A DNA stretch of 64,000 nucleotides from Sphagnum compactum (Eukaryota). The translations under genes were made by a program, and so were the position numbers. Positions 23,233 to 37,439 of this stretch are shown here, piece after piece; positions within the stretch are counted from its first letter, which is position 1, and every line of letters starts with the position of its first letter. The stretch lies in assembly GCA_965153455.1 (NCBI GenBank), contig OZ234493.1, positions 36,570,213 to 36,634,212 of the forward strand, written 5' to 3'. A model generated the notes under the pieces. It searched no databases. It saw nothing but the letters and a program-made list of their open reading frames with translations, and had not been told where the DNA came from.

Positions 23233-26200
23233 ATGGCGACGATTCAAGTAATGCTGGGAAGTAATGTAGTGCTATTTGACTTGAAAAGAAGATTTGAAGT
23301 AATCGCGAAGAAGAGTAATGTTGGTAAAATTGTTGGGGGACATAAATTGGTGAATCCTCTGCAGAGACCCGGTGTGGTGGTGATCAAGCGAAGTAGGAAA
23401 GCTAGTAGTATTGATGTAGTTTGTGCCGTAGCTACTACTACTCCCAGTGCGGAGCCCAGTATGGTGGATACTTGGGAAACTACGGTGTCGCAGCCCGATA
23501 CTTTTTCGCAGTACTCTGGATACATTGCAGACGCGGCAGTGGAGGAAGCGGATGCTTTGAATGCGTACAATGCTGATAAGTTTGCAACTATATTTAGGAA
23601 GAGGCCGTTTCTGTTGGCTCGAAGACTTGCTCAGATTGCTGGAACCCTTGGCGGATGGGCTGCTCTGCGCTCTTTCGACTCGCTCATGGGACGATCAGAC
23701 ACAAATTTCAAGGTGTGATTTTTTCCCAGTCGCTTGAAATTTTCAATTCCCAGAGTCAATTTTGGTCTCATAATGCAAACCACAAGCACATGAAACTTTT
23801 TTAAGATTCCCTGTGGGACCATCACGAAGAACTTGAATTTCCCCTATGCAACCATCAAATGGGTTGTTTGACAATGGGTAAATACAATGATCCCTCTGTT
23901 TCACACTGGGAAAATTAGAATAAAACATTGAAATATTGCTCCCATGATTCCTTTGGAGAGCTTTGCCTATGTTTTGTTTATTCGACTTTAATTTGTCAGA
24001 GGTTCCCACCCTTTTCCCAACAGGGAATGCCAAAAAAGTTTCTTGTGAAGATGCCACTGCTGCAATGATGCTGACCGCAAGCAGAAATTGAGACCAGTTG
24101 GAGTTTACATGATGCTAAACAGTTCATTTCCTGTCTCCTGGGCTACAAATTCACATGTTATCTAAAGTCTGTGCCATCTAGTTTCATAGAGAGCTTGATG
24201 TTTGTGGATTTTGAATAGTAAAAATGTCAGCAGTGGAGAGGTGTAATGGTTATTTGGAGTTCCACGGAGCTTAACATTGTCCCATAACTACCACTCAGGA
24301 TTGCATTTCACCATTTGTGACACAATCCTCTTGCATATGAGAGCTGTGTATCTGTGCCGACAGAAGATTGCTCATATTCAGGGAGCTGCAAACATAGATT
24401 AGTTAGTTGGAGTTCCAATGACTGAAGCTTTACATTTTCTGGTGGGTTTATTATCAGAAAAGAGCAGGACAATTACGAGCTGCTCTTGTTCAACTTGGCC
24501 CTGTGAGTGTTTGTCCCAATCCTTTGTGCCAGAATCATGCTTCTGTTTGACAGTATCCTTAAGTCAGTAGAATTGGAGGGTCATTTGCCAGTCAGAGGGT
24601 GGAAGCAATGAGTTTCATTGACTTGGAAAACACAGCATCTATAAGAAGTGTGTGAACTTCAAGGACAACGCATCTAATGTGCCAACTAAACCCTATTCAA
24701 TAGGATGTTAGAGTCACTTTCAAGGAGTATTCCTGACATAGGTGGAATAACAGTAGCAAATTCTTTTGTCCCACATAATACCCAATAGTAGGATTTCCTA
24801 CTATGTTCTTTCTTAATTGTTGTGCAATCTTCAGTGTTGTTGTGGAGATTTTCTGCTATGTCCGTGACCTGTGTGATGTGGGAATATGTGTACAGGCTTT
24901 TGTGAAAATTGCGCAAGCAGTCTCATCCCGTCCAGTATGAGATTTCACTGATCACCCTTGTGCATGCCTTATTCATTCCATCTCATCTTGTTTTCAGTTT
25001 TGTAACTATAGATCAAGGAATCAGAGACTGCAAGCCTTCTTCCTCTTTTTTTGAGGGGTCTAATTATCCTATGTTAGAGTTATGTAGGTGGCCAGGGGAG
25101 ATTTGGTTCTGGTTTATGTTGTGATGCAACCTTACTAAGTATTAGCTGCACCTCTTATTGCTGAAGTGGCACCATGTAGCAGTGTAAAGTATTGGTCAGT
25201 GGTTCAACACACTTTTGTTAATGGTCAATACCTGATTTGCAGACACTGGTTATTGATTTTCATGTGTCAGGATGTAATTGCTCCAGAATATCTGGCAGAG
25301 CTTGAATTGTTACAGGACCGGATTGCACCTTTCTCAACAGAGTTGGCCCTTAACATTATTGAACAAGAGTTGGGTGTACCTGTTGAACGTCTGTTTTCTG
25401 AAATATCACCACAACCTGTGGCTGCAGCTTCCCTTGGCCAGGTGCAGTTTTAATCTGAAGCTGTGGCAATTGTATGTCTCCTTTTGTTGTAGAGTTCCAT
25501 TCTGTTCCATTGTAACCAATTGATCATGGGCTGTGGCACCGGTATTCCATAACTGGAATAGTCAGACAATTGGAATGTACTTTGCTTGATAACTCTGGCC
25601 GATGGGCCAGTGCTGCACTGAAATGATTTTGATGTCTGTGAGGTTTCTATCAGGTATATCAGGCTCGACTAAGACCAAGTGGTGAAGCAGTTGCTGTGAA
25701 AGTGCAGAGGCCTGGGGTCCGTGCTGCAATGGCACTAGACCTTTTCATATTGAGAAAAATGGTGGACTATGCAGGAGCTTTGCTCAGACTCAATACTGAC
25801 CTTGCAGTTACATATCGTTCTCAAAACTGAAATAATTCCCTTGTTCTCTTGTTATTGATGTTGCAGGCTCTGGACCAGTGTAGTGTGCTCTGCTTTTGTA
25901 GATAAAATAGAACTGGTGCCCTGCTTGTTATAGATAGAACCTACAGTCGTAAAACCTTATTTTCTGTCAAGGAGATCCATGCTTTCCGGAACCCATTGGA
26001 TTGCCAGTATCAATTCCATTCAAAACATTTCTATCATGGTGGTAGTCTAAGATCAGTCTAACAAACAGCACAGGTGGATGATGATGATCTGTCAGAAGTA
26101 ATTAAGTGAGTGTATTGAAACACAATACAGATTTGTATTCCTCATTTACCTCACAAGCAAATAGATTGGTTGTGACATAGCTATCTGTGCTGAAATGAAG

Positions 26201-29200
26201 ACTTGCTGTATTTTCGCAGGGTGTTGTAGACGAATGGGGATCGAGTGTCTTTCGGGTATGTCATGGTTGCCATCCTACTGATTTGTCTGATTGAGTTGCT
26301 CCCACAGTTTCAGATGCAAGTACGGTGTTTTATGTTCCCACTTCAAAATCAGAAAATCCTTTGAGCGACTCAAGTCCCATTGTTATCAACCTTGTATAGG
26401 AGTTGAGAAATCAACTCATTACTTCAGGTGTGTTATGGTGATGCAGGAAATGGACTACCAAGCAGAGGCCCGCAATGGTGTGCGATTTAGGTTCCTCCTC
26501 ATGAAACCTCACTCACCATACTAGTACACCACTTCCCCTGGAGAGTGTTTTCTTTACACTGCCCTTGCTTTTGGCATGGGTATGGCTTTCAGTATTTTGT
26601 GGTCAAGGTATGGATCCTCTACCTGGAAAGTTTGGTGCTACCAAGGAGTTTCCACTTTGTAGGTGAATGTTCCAATGAGGGTCCTAGGTAAGGGGTGTTG
26701 GAAGTGAAGATGGATAGTAGTAATGAGAAGAAGATGGGGGTGGGTCAGGAAGATGTTTGGGAAAGTACCAGATGTGTTTATACCGGAGATGTTTACGGAG
26801 CTCACAAGCCGACGTGTTCTTGTCATGCAATGGGTCGAGGTGTCTCCCTCTCTTACAATGTCTTTCTCATTAGCATTCTCTGTCAGGATTCCTGCTTGAA
26901 ATTTGTGCTTCTAGGGCTGAGACCTTTTTCCTCTTCCTGCAAGATGATATGCCAGAATTTTTTGGGATGTGCAGGGACAACGACTTTCAGAGGTCAATGA
27001 TCTCCGCCTTGTTGAGGTATAAGTTGGAAACACAAATGCTAACCAGGCATGATCCTCAAAAGAAATAGGCATGTTTGCAACAATCAGACTCCACATTCTA
27101 TTAAGTTGGAATTTTGATTTTCTAAATGTGCAGACCTACAGTTTCTGTAGTTTCTGATGACACAATCATCATATCCACCTATATATTAATTTGAGCATTT
27201 GCTGGATAGGTCAAAAGCAGTTAAATGGAAATATTATTTGCAAGATTTCTAGAGCAACTGCTTTGCTGTAGAAGGATTTGAACTGAAAATCTGGTTCTTT
27301 TATGAAGCTTCAGTTCAGGCTGTGCTTTTCCATGTCAATTTGCAAGTATCATGCTAGGCAATGCTCACTTATTAGTATTCTGACTCGATGGGTTGTGTTT
27401 TCTGAGAAATTTCAGGTGGGTGTGAATTGCTCTCTGACACAATTATTAGACAGCGGATTTTACCATGCTGATCCTCATCCTGGAAATTTGATGCGCACTC
27501 CTGATGGAAAATTAGCATATCTAGGTACATTCCAGGTTTCATCATCAGTGAGATATACTGAAGGAGAGCTTTGTATGCTCCCTGAGTTTTCTGTGCCAGA
27601 TCTTATCAGTTGCAGGTCTAATGGAATAGTTGTGCATAGGAATGTAAAGAGCATGGATTGTAGTGTAATTTCTATTGGTGTCTGCATGTGAATACAGACT
27701 TTGGAATGATGGGTGAAATGAAGGAAAATTTGAGGGATGGCTTGATTGAGGCCTCATTACATCTTGTCAATCGTGAATTTGATGAACTTGCAAGTGACTT
27801 CGTCACTCTAGGGTATTTGTCTCCTGTAATCACTTTTCTCAGTCTTTGTCATTATCCTTTTCAGTTCTTGCTGTCTGTTTCTATTTGCCCTTCCAGATTG
27901 ATTGCTGTTTTAGTTCAGTGCAGAATATGGCCCAGATTCTAATTGATGCACTGTATCGTTGTGCACTGTTGTGGACAGGCTTCTTCCACCTACAGCTGAA
28001 ATGGGGGCTTTGTCACAGGCTCTCACAGGTACTCTGCCTCATTTCTACATTTATTGCAATGTTGATTTGTACTTGATGAAGGTCATGGTCTCGTACGTTG
28101 TGTGTGATACTCACAAGGTTATGCTCTTGTTCTTGTCATGTTTGTTTCACCTTTGGCCAGAACTGACACAATTATTACCTTCAAAGTGTTATTGTGTAGT
28201 TTTCTCTGCAATCTCATTGATATGTTCTCCAGCAGATGTACTGAATCCAAGCACTCACAAATTGGTGTGTGTAAAGCACATGCTCAGGGTGCAGAGGCCC
28301 CAACCACCACTACCCTCTATTTAGGTCTCCTATGGGCCTTAGGTATCTAGGGCAAGCTGAATTGAAATGAAGCTTACTGTTACTGTTTTCTTGCAGCTTG
28401 AATGAGGATATTTTTTGTTAGCTATGCCCCTAAAATGCTAGTTAACATCATCACTCAGTCTTCACATTGCTTCTGGAAATGCAACAGAAGCTTAGGATAC
28501 AGATTTTGTATACTTGTTTGCCCAAGACTTTGATCAGATCTTTGTATACTTATCTACACCCATTGTTGGGGGTTGATGAAGTCAATGGGGAGTAACGGCA
28601 ACCATTCACAACTGTTCATGATGAAATTGATGGTCTGATACTTTGTACGTGACACTCAGAAGGTTATGACCACATTCATTCTTGTTGTGTTTGTTTCAGT
28701 TTGCCTGAAACAGGCATAATAGTTACCTTCAAAGTGTTGTTCTGGAGTTTTCTCTGTAATCTCACAGCTGTGTTGATTTGTCATTGTCTGTTTGTGGTCA
28801 TGGACCCAATTGACTGTGTCTGACCAAGGCAAAATGCAAGTACATTAAGACGTCAGTCAATCTGATGTGAATACCACGCATGGAAATCAATGAACATATC
28901 AATGGGAAATGATTCATGTTTATATTTGAAGGCTGGTCTGCTGTTTGGACTGACCAAGTTTTGTCAGTACGCCAGATGAATGGAGATCAACAAATGGCAT
29001 GTGAATGTTTCTATGGAAAACTTATGTTCAGTTGGGTATTGTGTGTTGTGCAGGGGTGTTTCAGGAGGCTATAAGCAAGGGTGTGCGGAATATTAGCTTT
29101 GGTGACCTCTCAGGGAAATTAGGCGTTACCATGTACATCTCTTCAAATATCAACTACAAATTTTTCTTTTATGTGTTGAAAACAGGCGTAATGGCAAGTG

Positions 29201-32200
29201 TTCAGTTATTATGGTCCAATACTAGATCAGTAGTCTCTTTTACCCCTGGGTGCAAATTCACTCAAGGGTCTGATATATTTTTCTGGTGTGATACAGGTAT
29301 CAATTTAAGTTCAGGATACCATCATATTTTTCGCTTGTGATCCGGAGGTAAGTTCATGAAGGTTAGAACTTGAAAGATTTTTGCAAAAGAATCTCAGTTA
29401 CCTCCTAGCAATCTTCTTGTCTATTCAGTAGGGTCCTACCCTTCTGAATGGACAATTTATGAGTGAAGTGAATTATTGATGGGGGCCAGTGAATGGCAAA
29501 AGCAAAATCTATGCAAAAGATCAAAACTGCACAATGGGCAGGTGTAACAAGTGCAGTGCATTGAGTTAGTTCTTTGAGTATAGTTCATGTAGTGGTTGAC
29601 CTATCTAAGGGAGGAAAAAGGACTGAAAATCTCATGATTAACCTAGGGTTTTTCAGCAGACTGTCCTCTTTTTCCCCTCGTGTTGATATTCTTTCATGTC
29701 CTTTGTTTTTACTTGTGTCATGTTCCTGTTGTTTGGTTCTGGGTTCTTACAGTATTTCCTGTCACCAAAATTGTCAATGCTTGTTTTTTCGGCAGTTTGA
29801 CAGTGCTGGAAGGAATTGCACTCAGCACAGATCCAAATTACAAAGTGCTTAGTAGTTCATATCCTTGGATTGCACGAAAAGTTCTCACTGACAAGTCACC
29901 TCAACTCCAATCAACATTGCGATCTCTTTTGTACAAGGCAATTACCATCACCCCTGACCTTTTCCATACAGTGAATTGTAGTTTGAATGTCCGACTGGAA
30001 AAATGCTAATGAAGTTATTATAGATAATGCTGATGCCCTTCCAGTACAATAAATGTAAGTTGACTGACTACTCACACCTAGGATTAGTTGCTGTACATGG
30101 GAAATAGAATGAAATGGCTTCATGAAAGCAATCCTTATGCGTGTGTAGTTTACCAACAATTGTGAAAATGATTTTAAGATTTGGAAAACATTCAGGAGGG
30201 AAATTGGGTATATTACTTTGTCAGCTTGCCAAGTTTTGTATGCACAACTGCCTGTGGTTGCTGAAACAGAAGAGGGGTTCTAAGAAGCTTGGAATCTCTA
30301 AAAACTTATCTGTTCAGATTCTTAAACTCTTAGCCTTTTAGCAAAGATGGCAAGCGTTCAGAAGAACTGATTTTGGTTTTGTTGGTTGTTATGAGGGGAA
30401 CAGGATGGTTCATTTAGGATTGACCGATTGGAATCATTAATGACTGAGGTATAAGAATTGTAGTCTGTTTCCACCACTTGTGTCACATATTGGACCAGAT
30501 AAATTCATGCCTTATGCTCTCAGAGTTGCTTCAGTATTGAATGACCCTTATGAAGAGATATTGATGTGATGCATTGACTTCAATCACTTTGGTAATAGGT
30601 GGCAAGTGTGTTAAGAATGAAAATAAAACCATTCATTCTTCTTTGTGGCTGTTTGTTATTTGCAGGCTATGAGATCAGAATTGGAAAATCCTGAAGATCT
30701 AGAAGGTTTGGAAGAAAGGAAGGGGTCAACATCAGAGGGGGATGCACGGAACGTAGTGAAGCGAATCCTTACTTTTGCACTCACTGAGCAGGTAAGAACT
30801 GGTTCAATGCTCTGCAACAAGTGATGATATCCATAAAAGTCAGTTTCCTGATTTCCTTATTCAGTGAGCCTGATGCCTCTGCTGCAACTGAATCATTTCT
30901 ATTTGCACCAACTCTTCCAGGTCAGAATAAAACTTTGTGGGAGTTCAGTATCTTTATAAGCTGGCCATCCTTTGGTAGTGTCACCACTGTCCAAACAGCT
31001 TCATTGCACAAAGAAGTTGACCTTTGGTGTATGGAGCTCATTTCTTTATAAATGTTGTCTTACAAGCAGTTTTTCTGCCTGCATGATGTGACAGGGTGAC
31101 TTTGTTCGAGACTTGCTACTAGATGAGCTTGCAAAGGTAATCTATTATGTCCTGTTTGTTAGGGGACTTGCAAAGTTAGGGGGCATCCATCTCATAAGAC
31201 CATCCACTATTATCCTTTTTTCTAAATTCTGCTTCCTTCATGGTTGAAAGCAAAGCTGGCAGGTCTGAACTTGGTTGCAAATTGAAATACTACTGACTCC
31301 TGTAATAATCCAATGTCCTGATTTGAAGGGGCTGGATGCGCTGAATCGGGCAGCATTTGATATGGCAGCCAAAGAGTTGAGGTCACGGGCCCCATTTGCT
31401 CTTCCAGCACTAGCCCCTCTGACAGAAGGTGAAGATGTTAAACACCTCCATAATCTCCAGCAGCTTACTTCTTTGTTGTCTGGATCTTCCACCAACTTCA
31501 CTAATACTGCAGTTATGCAGGTATGTTCCTATTTGTGGTCCTTAAATCATTTTACCCCTTGCTTCTGCATGACAAACCTCTGCATATGTCATAACTTAAG
31601 ACAGTCATTGTTTGCATCTTAATCCTTGTCTTTAGTCCCAGGTCCTAGGTTGTGAAAGTACCAGAAGCTCTTGAGCATGTTGGAGGATATAAGGGTTAGA
31701 TCAGCCTTCTGGAACCATCAGAGCTTCTTTGGGAGTATGAAATGATGCCAAATTGGGTTTGTATGTATCAGGTAAGCAGCACGTCAAAGTCAGACATGGT
31801 CATGAGAACAGAAGTGTTGAATCTGAATGATACAGAAGGGTCATTGACATGGGATGAAGTGAGTGTGCTTTTACAACGGATGAGTTCTTTGTTCCAGTAC
31901 ACTCCAATGTTGTCCGTGGTTCCAGAGGTAGGGTGCTTTCATCCCTATTTGTTGTATGTTGATGATTTGATGAAGCCACCTTTAGTGTTTTGCAATTACA
32001 GAAGGTGGTGTGTGGTTTGTAGCACAATGTTTTCACTTTGCTGGGGGGCACACTTCGTATGATATATTAGACGTGCACGGAGGTTCTTGTTCTGATACAT
32101 GTACTACTAACAAGTCACACACACATCCTGTTATGTTACTCCTGTCATCTTAATTCAAAGCCTTCCAAAACTGTGAATCTTGATTCTGTGAGATATTCTG

Positions 32201-32541
32201 CAAATTGATATCAAGGGTGAATGGTGATTTTGCAGCTCCCATTTTCAGCACAGCAGCAGGCAGTTTTGCTACCAGCAGAACTTGCAACTAGGCTAGCTTC
32301 ACGTTTTCTTGCTCGCTCTATCCGTGGCTCCATTCCAAAAACCACAAGTCGTTTCAGCACAGTTAAGGTGATTAAAGAATCTTTGTGCAGGTTGTTGTTC
32401 AGATAAATTCTTGCCCAGGAATAGTTGCTCTGTTTTGAAATACTATCACAAACTTTTGGTTATGGGAGTGTACCTGTCAGTATGTTCTTGCATCCACTAA
32501 CATATGTTATGCTTTTGTTGCAGGACAACTCTGATATTTAG
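23233..32541 (+). CDS. ABC1K: ABC1K/UbiB-family atypical kinase, plastid type (resembles Arabidopsis At1g71810 from memory); ~22 exons
   Basis: Approximate exons: 23233-23712, 24458-24502, 24896-24934, 25271-25441, 25654-25806, 26220-26255, 26447-26490, 26749-26839, 26975-27016, 27416-27524, 27698-27812, 27979-28028, 29054-29132, 29298-29347, 29796-29937, 30404-30448, 30666-30791, 31095-31136, 31329-31520, 31772-31927, 32236-32367 and 32524-32541 (last exon uncertain; alternative stop at 32406). Motifs: [44 protein letters not shown]. Confidence 0.93.
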
Positions 32542-35500
32542 AGAAGTTAAGAGAATTTCATGAAGGAGGATGAAGTTCGATGAAGAGTTAGCACTTCCAA
32601 ATCCATGTTGGTTCACAGCTTGTGCATTATTGTATGTAAATGTTGTGCAGAAATTTCTTAATTGCAAAGTCCAGTAAGGAGTTGGATGGTTACATGAATG
32701 AGGCAAGTTATGGGATTGTTCTTGCTGCTGTGATTTAGATATCTTCAAAATATCTCTTGGTTTGTAGGTGCAGCTAGTTCTATTTCTCTAACAGAATTTT
32801 ATAATTGTCTAAGCTCCTTCGATAAAGGTGTCCTGCAGGTGGTCAATGACATTGCAATTTCGTCAATATTGGTTAGTTCCTAATAAGCCTGATTTCCCTG
32901 ACTGTCATGTATCTACACAAAGATTATTGGCAGTGGCATGTGCTCTGAATCATTTTGTGAGCTTAATTCTACTTCTATTGGCAAAATTAAGCTCACAAAA
33001 TTCTGCCAATAGAATAGACTAAAAAATCAAAGAGCAGACTTTTGACAGGGTGATTTAGTTAAACGATGCAGCTGTTTAATGCATGATGTGGATTCCAATA
33101 TTTCAGATTATACCAAGTTTGGTTTTAAATGGTGAGTATAATTCTCTCTGTTGAAGAGAAAAAACTACACTTCAAAGTTTCAGTTAAAACAAAGCAGACA
33201 AGTTTAAAGAAAGATTTCTGTTCCATATTTTTGCCTTCAGATTTTACAATGATTATGTAAAGGCTTTCTATGTCAATGTGGATACCTATTCACAGCTCAC
33301 TTTGTCCTCTTAAGAGTATGTGCTCTTAATAGTCAGTATTTTTCTTGTCTTCCTCAATCCTCCTCTTTTCTCGTTTGGGTTTTCTTTTTCTTTCCTTTTT
33401 TCTTTCATTTGTCTCTTATTTTGTCTTCTTTCTTCTATGTTTCATTTGTCTTTCCCTTTCTCTTCTGGTGTTGTTCAGCTAGGAAAGCTAGCATTTTGGT
33501 TAAGTTTTCCTGTTTTGGTCATGATACTGGCAGTAACTGAGCACATTGGTTAATAGATGACATCAAACTAAACCTGGGAGTCAATGAAGTCAGTGGGCAA
33601 GTTATGATGGCTCAACAATACCATGCATGTTGCTCTTGCAAGCTTCTAGATTTTCGTGTGACTGTTGCTGTCATTTAAAACACTCCTCACTTTTGGTTTT
33701 GTAATCTGCTTCAGGTTGAGGATTTCTCCCTTTCCTGCTTACTAATGTGGTCAGATCTAAAATCTCTGTCACCTATTGAGTCAACAGTGAAACCTATTAG
33801 GTTGATTTCAATTGAAACATTGGTGTGAAGAAATTCTCAGTGTGGATGTAGTATTTCAAATAACTCTTTGACAACATCAGCAATAGAAAGCAGAAGTCAT
33901 CTATATGCTGAAATATCAATCACTTTGGTTTGCATGCGACTCTGGTAATTGTTGACCCTTAATATACTACCAACAGATGAAGTTGCAAGTGCCCAACTAG
34001 AAACACTTGCAATATCTGGTCTAACTACTATTTACAGTCAGTGTACCTCTTTCTGAGACTTTTAAAAACAGAGTTGTCCAATTGGACGATTTTAGAGGTA
34101 TGTCCTTGTGCTGTAACTCACATTCGCAGAATCTGATATTCCAACTCTGCACACTTATGTGGTGCAGGACCTATGGGTCTGGTTGTACTAGACATGCCTG
34201 CACAAGTGACAATCTCACCTTGGCAGGCTTGCTTTGCAGAAGCTGTACTGATAACACACTGTCCCTTCTCTATGCAGTGGACTTTGGAATATTAGAAAGT
34301 TGTTACATGTCTTCATGTTTCCCAACAGTGGCACAATGCTAGTTGTTTGACTAACTATGGTGAGCAGCATTAGTGAAAAGAAGTGTAACCACTAGGAAAA
34401 ATTGGAGCATAGGGTTGATTAGCCAAGTTTGTTATTTTGTAACAAGAACAACAGGGAGGAAAAGACAACACATCCCCATCATAACTGTAAACAATGAAAA
34501 CACATTGTTGAATGATTAAAATCCTTGTTTGCACCTCAACAACTTCATAAACTGTATGCTTGAATAAGCTCCTGACATTCTAATTTCTAAAGCACAAATT
34601 AGAGATTAGTTCACTCTGAGTTCACTCTCATGAGCTATCAGTGTCTTCTACGTTGATTCCATCAACCAATCAACCAACTTCAAGCCATAATATCTCACAC
34701 AATTAGACGATCCCAATTCTGCCAGTAATAGGAGGTGTTGCACAATGACGAGAACCTAGGAAAAATAGACACATAACATATCGACAATCCTACCCACTAA
34801 TAACATTGGCTCATGGTACGACAGAAGCTTTTACAAGAGGTAATACCTAGCTAACTGTGACTGCAACAACAATCAAGAAAGTATGCGCATTTGCAGAAAC
34901 AATGAACTTGGTTTCTCTTCAAGTTCCCATTCTTCAAAAGTTTCGTTCTTTCACGCCACATAGCTGCCAACCCACACTCAAAAGTAACAAACCTAAATTA
35001 CACAAAATCACCAAACAAGCTTTCAAACTCCCTATGGCCTTTCATCATTTCCCTGGTGCCTATACTGTGATCTTCTAGCATTTCTCCTAACAAACAATTC
35101 TAATTCCGTGGGCAATGAAATAAAGAGAATGGAAAAACTACTTGTCAAAATCCTCTCTTCAACAAGACATAGGAAAAATGATCTCAAATTCTACATTGTC
35201 ATCTTCAACATTCCAGAGTGTGTACTTAGCTGCATCCATGGCTCCATAAAAAGTCAAGCGCACTCCACATTAGGTTTCGAGCGGATCAATTGCAAACGGC
35301 ATTTCACACATTTGATATTAAATAGGACCATCGAAATCCCATCACCAAATCCGAACATCTAATAATCTCGGCAAACAAACAAAATTTTATTTTTTGAACT
35401 TATCCCAAATATCTCGCTCATCATAACTGGGAATCGTCGCACATAGCCGCCCAACACCTCAATCGTGAATGATGAAAGACAAAAGGGCAAACACCATCGG

Positions 35501-37439
35501 CGTAGCTGAAGTAGATAGTTCACACTCAACGTGAAGACCTCAGCCCTAAATCCATGTCACAATTTATCTAAACAAATCCAAAGAAGGGCTCTAGGGCAAA
35601 AACACCCAACACCATTCTCAAGCCTATCACCAAACACCCCATTAGTGCAGAGCAAGGCCAACCATTGAACGCTTGATATCAAGACACCATGCACCCAGAT
35701 ACCCACAAACAAAAACCTGGATTCAAAAAATAGTTGCTTAGTATTTCAAGCGGTGGTGGTCAAAATAGTTTTTTGGTGTCCAATTTTGGGTGTAAATTTG
35801 TGTTGTTTTGAAAATAAATCATTGCCCTTGTTTTAATTTGTTGTTTGTTAGTATGTTTTACATATGGCCATTTAAGAGTTAATAATGTGTAGGGAATGGT
35901 GGGGAATGAACACCCAAAAGGGGTTTTCTTTTTTGGAGGGGGTTGAAAAGACAATGAGGGGATCAAGAGTCTTGTCAAAGGGGTGTATCGTGAGCACCCA
36001 AGGAGGGCTAAAATTTGTTGAAGGGGGTTGCATGTTGAGTTAAACAAGGGGATCTGAACATACAAAAGAAAAATCTAAAATTATGTTAAGGTTGAACTAT
36101 TAAACATAGTAACAAACTAGAAATCCTAAGAATTGAAACATTTATAAGCATCCTAAAGGGCACAAAGTTCAAATTCCCTTCAAATTTGGACACATTTGAG
36201 TCCTTCCAAAAACAAACAATGAACATTCACACGTGCAAAGTGAAATACAACTCAAATTTCACAATAACTTCTTAATGATTTATGAAAACATTTTTTAAAA
36301 TTTGAAATGAATCTAATAAACATCAAGTACCGAAAAGCATGTAAAATAATGTAGCATGTGATTATGTTGCTTAATGAAATTTTGAAAGCTATTCAAATTT
36401 TTTCAATGACATGTTATGAGAATTTTTTAACATACGTGTTCACATAATTCTAATGACAAGAAATTTTGAAGAACTAATATATGGAAAATTTTGCATAATC
36501 TTTTGTATGGTTGTCTTTCAACAATTCCAAAGACAATTTCAAAGACAACTACCTCACTTCCAAGCCTAACTACTTCAACTCTTTCCCAATACTATTGCAC
36601 TCCTTTTCCTTACCCACCAACATAGATATGAAAGGCAAATTAACATGTGTTTTTTCATGTCTGTGATATTTATATTAATTTAAATTAAGTTTGACATTGA
36701 CACAAATAACGATGAACTATTGGAAACCATATAAAAATATAAGTAAAAAAGTTGAAAAGTGAGCTCCAAGATTTTTTTAAGCTTTTAATTTCAAGTGCAA
36801 TAGCTTTGAAAGCAAATATATAGGATGAAGAAGCATCAATCAAGGTCAAATGTATATAAGACCTACAATCAACAAATTCACAAATAATTAGCAAATCAAA
36901 AGATGGGGAAGAAGTTGGAAAGGAGTTAGGAATTGCAATCACATATAAACTTACAATGTTGAATACAAAAAATTCTTGTTTCATCATAGGATACAGAAAT
37001 CAACAATTCCAAACTATGGGGCATCAAGTTCAAAGAGAGGGAGGTTTCTAAGGGTTGGAGCCTTGTAAATTTTGAAATGCATTCCAACAACCTACATAAC
37101 AACAAGTGATGACAACTTAATGTAGGAGGAGTTTGAAAAAAATTACAATCTAATCAAATCCATTTCCCTATTAAAATCACATATTGTTTCATGTTAACTT
37201 AATTAAACATATTTTTTTAATCTTGGTTTAGTCACAAGAGATGGAAGGTTGTACCCCTTGTCAGATCAAAAAACACATCTCCTATTTGTTGGAAGCTCAA
37301 ATTAGGAAGTAAGGGATAGCCATGATTCCAAAAGTGCCTTGCATGTGAAGAAGTGGTGCGCTCGAACCAGGAAACAACAAACAAGGAAAATGTCCAACTT
37401 GTATCCAACCACACACAAGGCAACCAGGGCCAAAAAAAC

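Noticed and set aside
28572-28640. Possible intronic C/D snoRNA (TGATGA...TGATGA...CTGA)
   Set aside because: No terminal stem or recognisable rRNA antisense element, and it overlaps the intron duplication.
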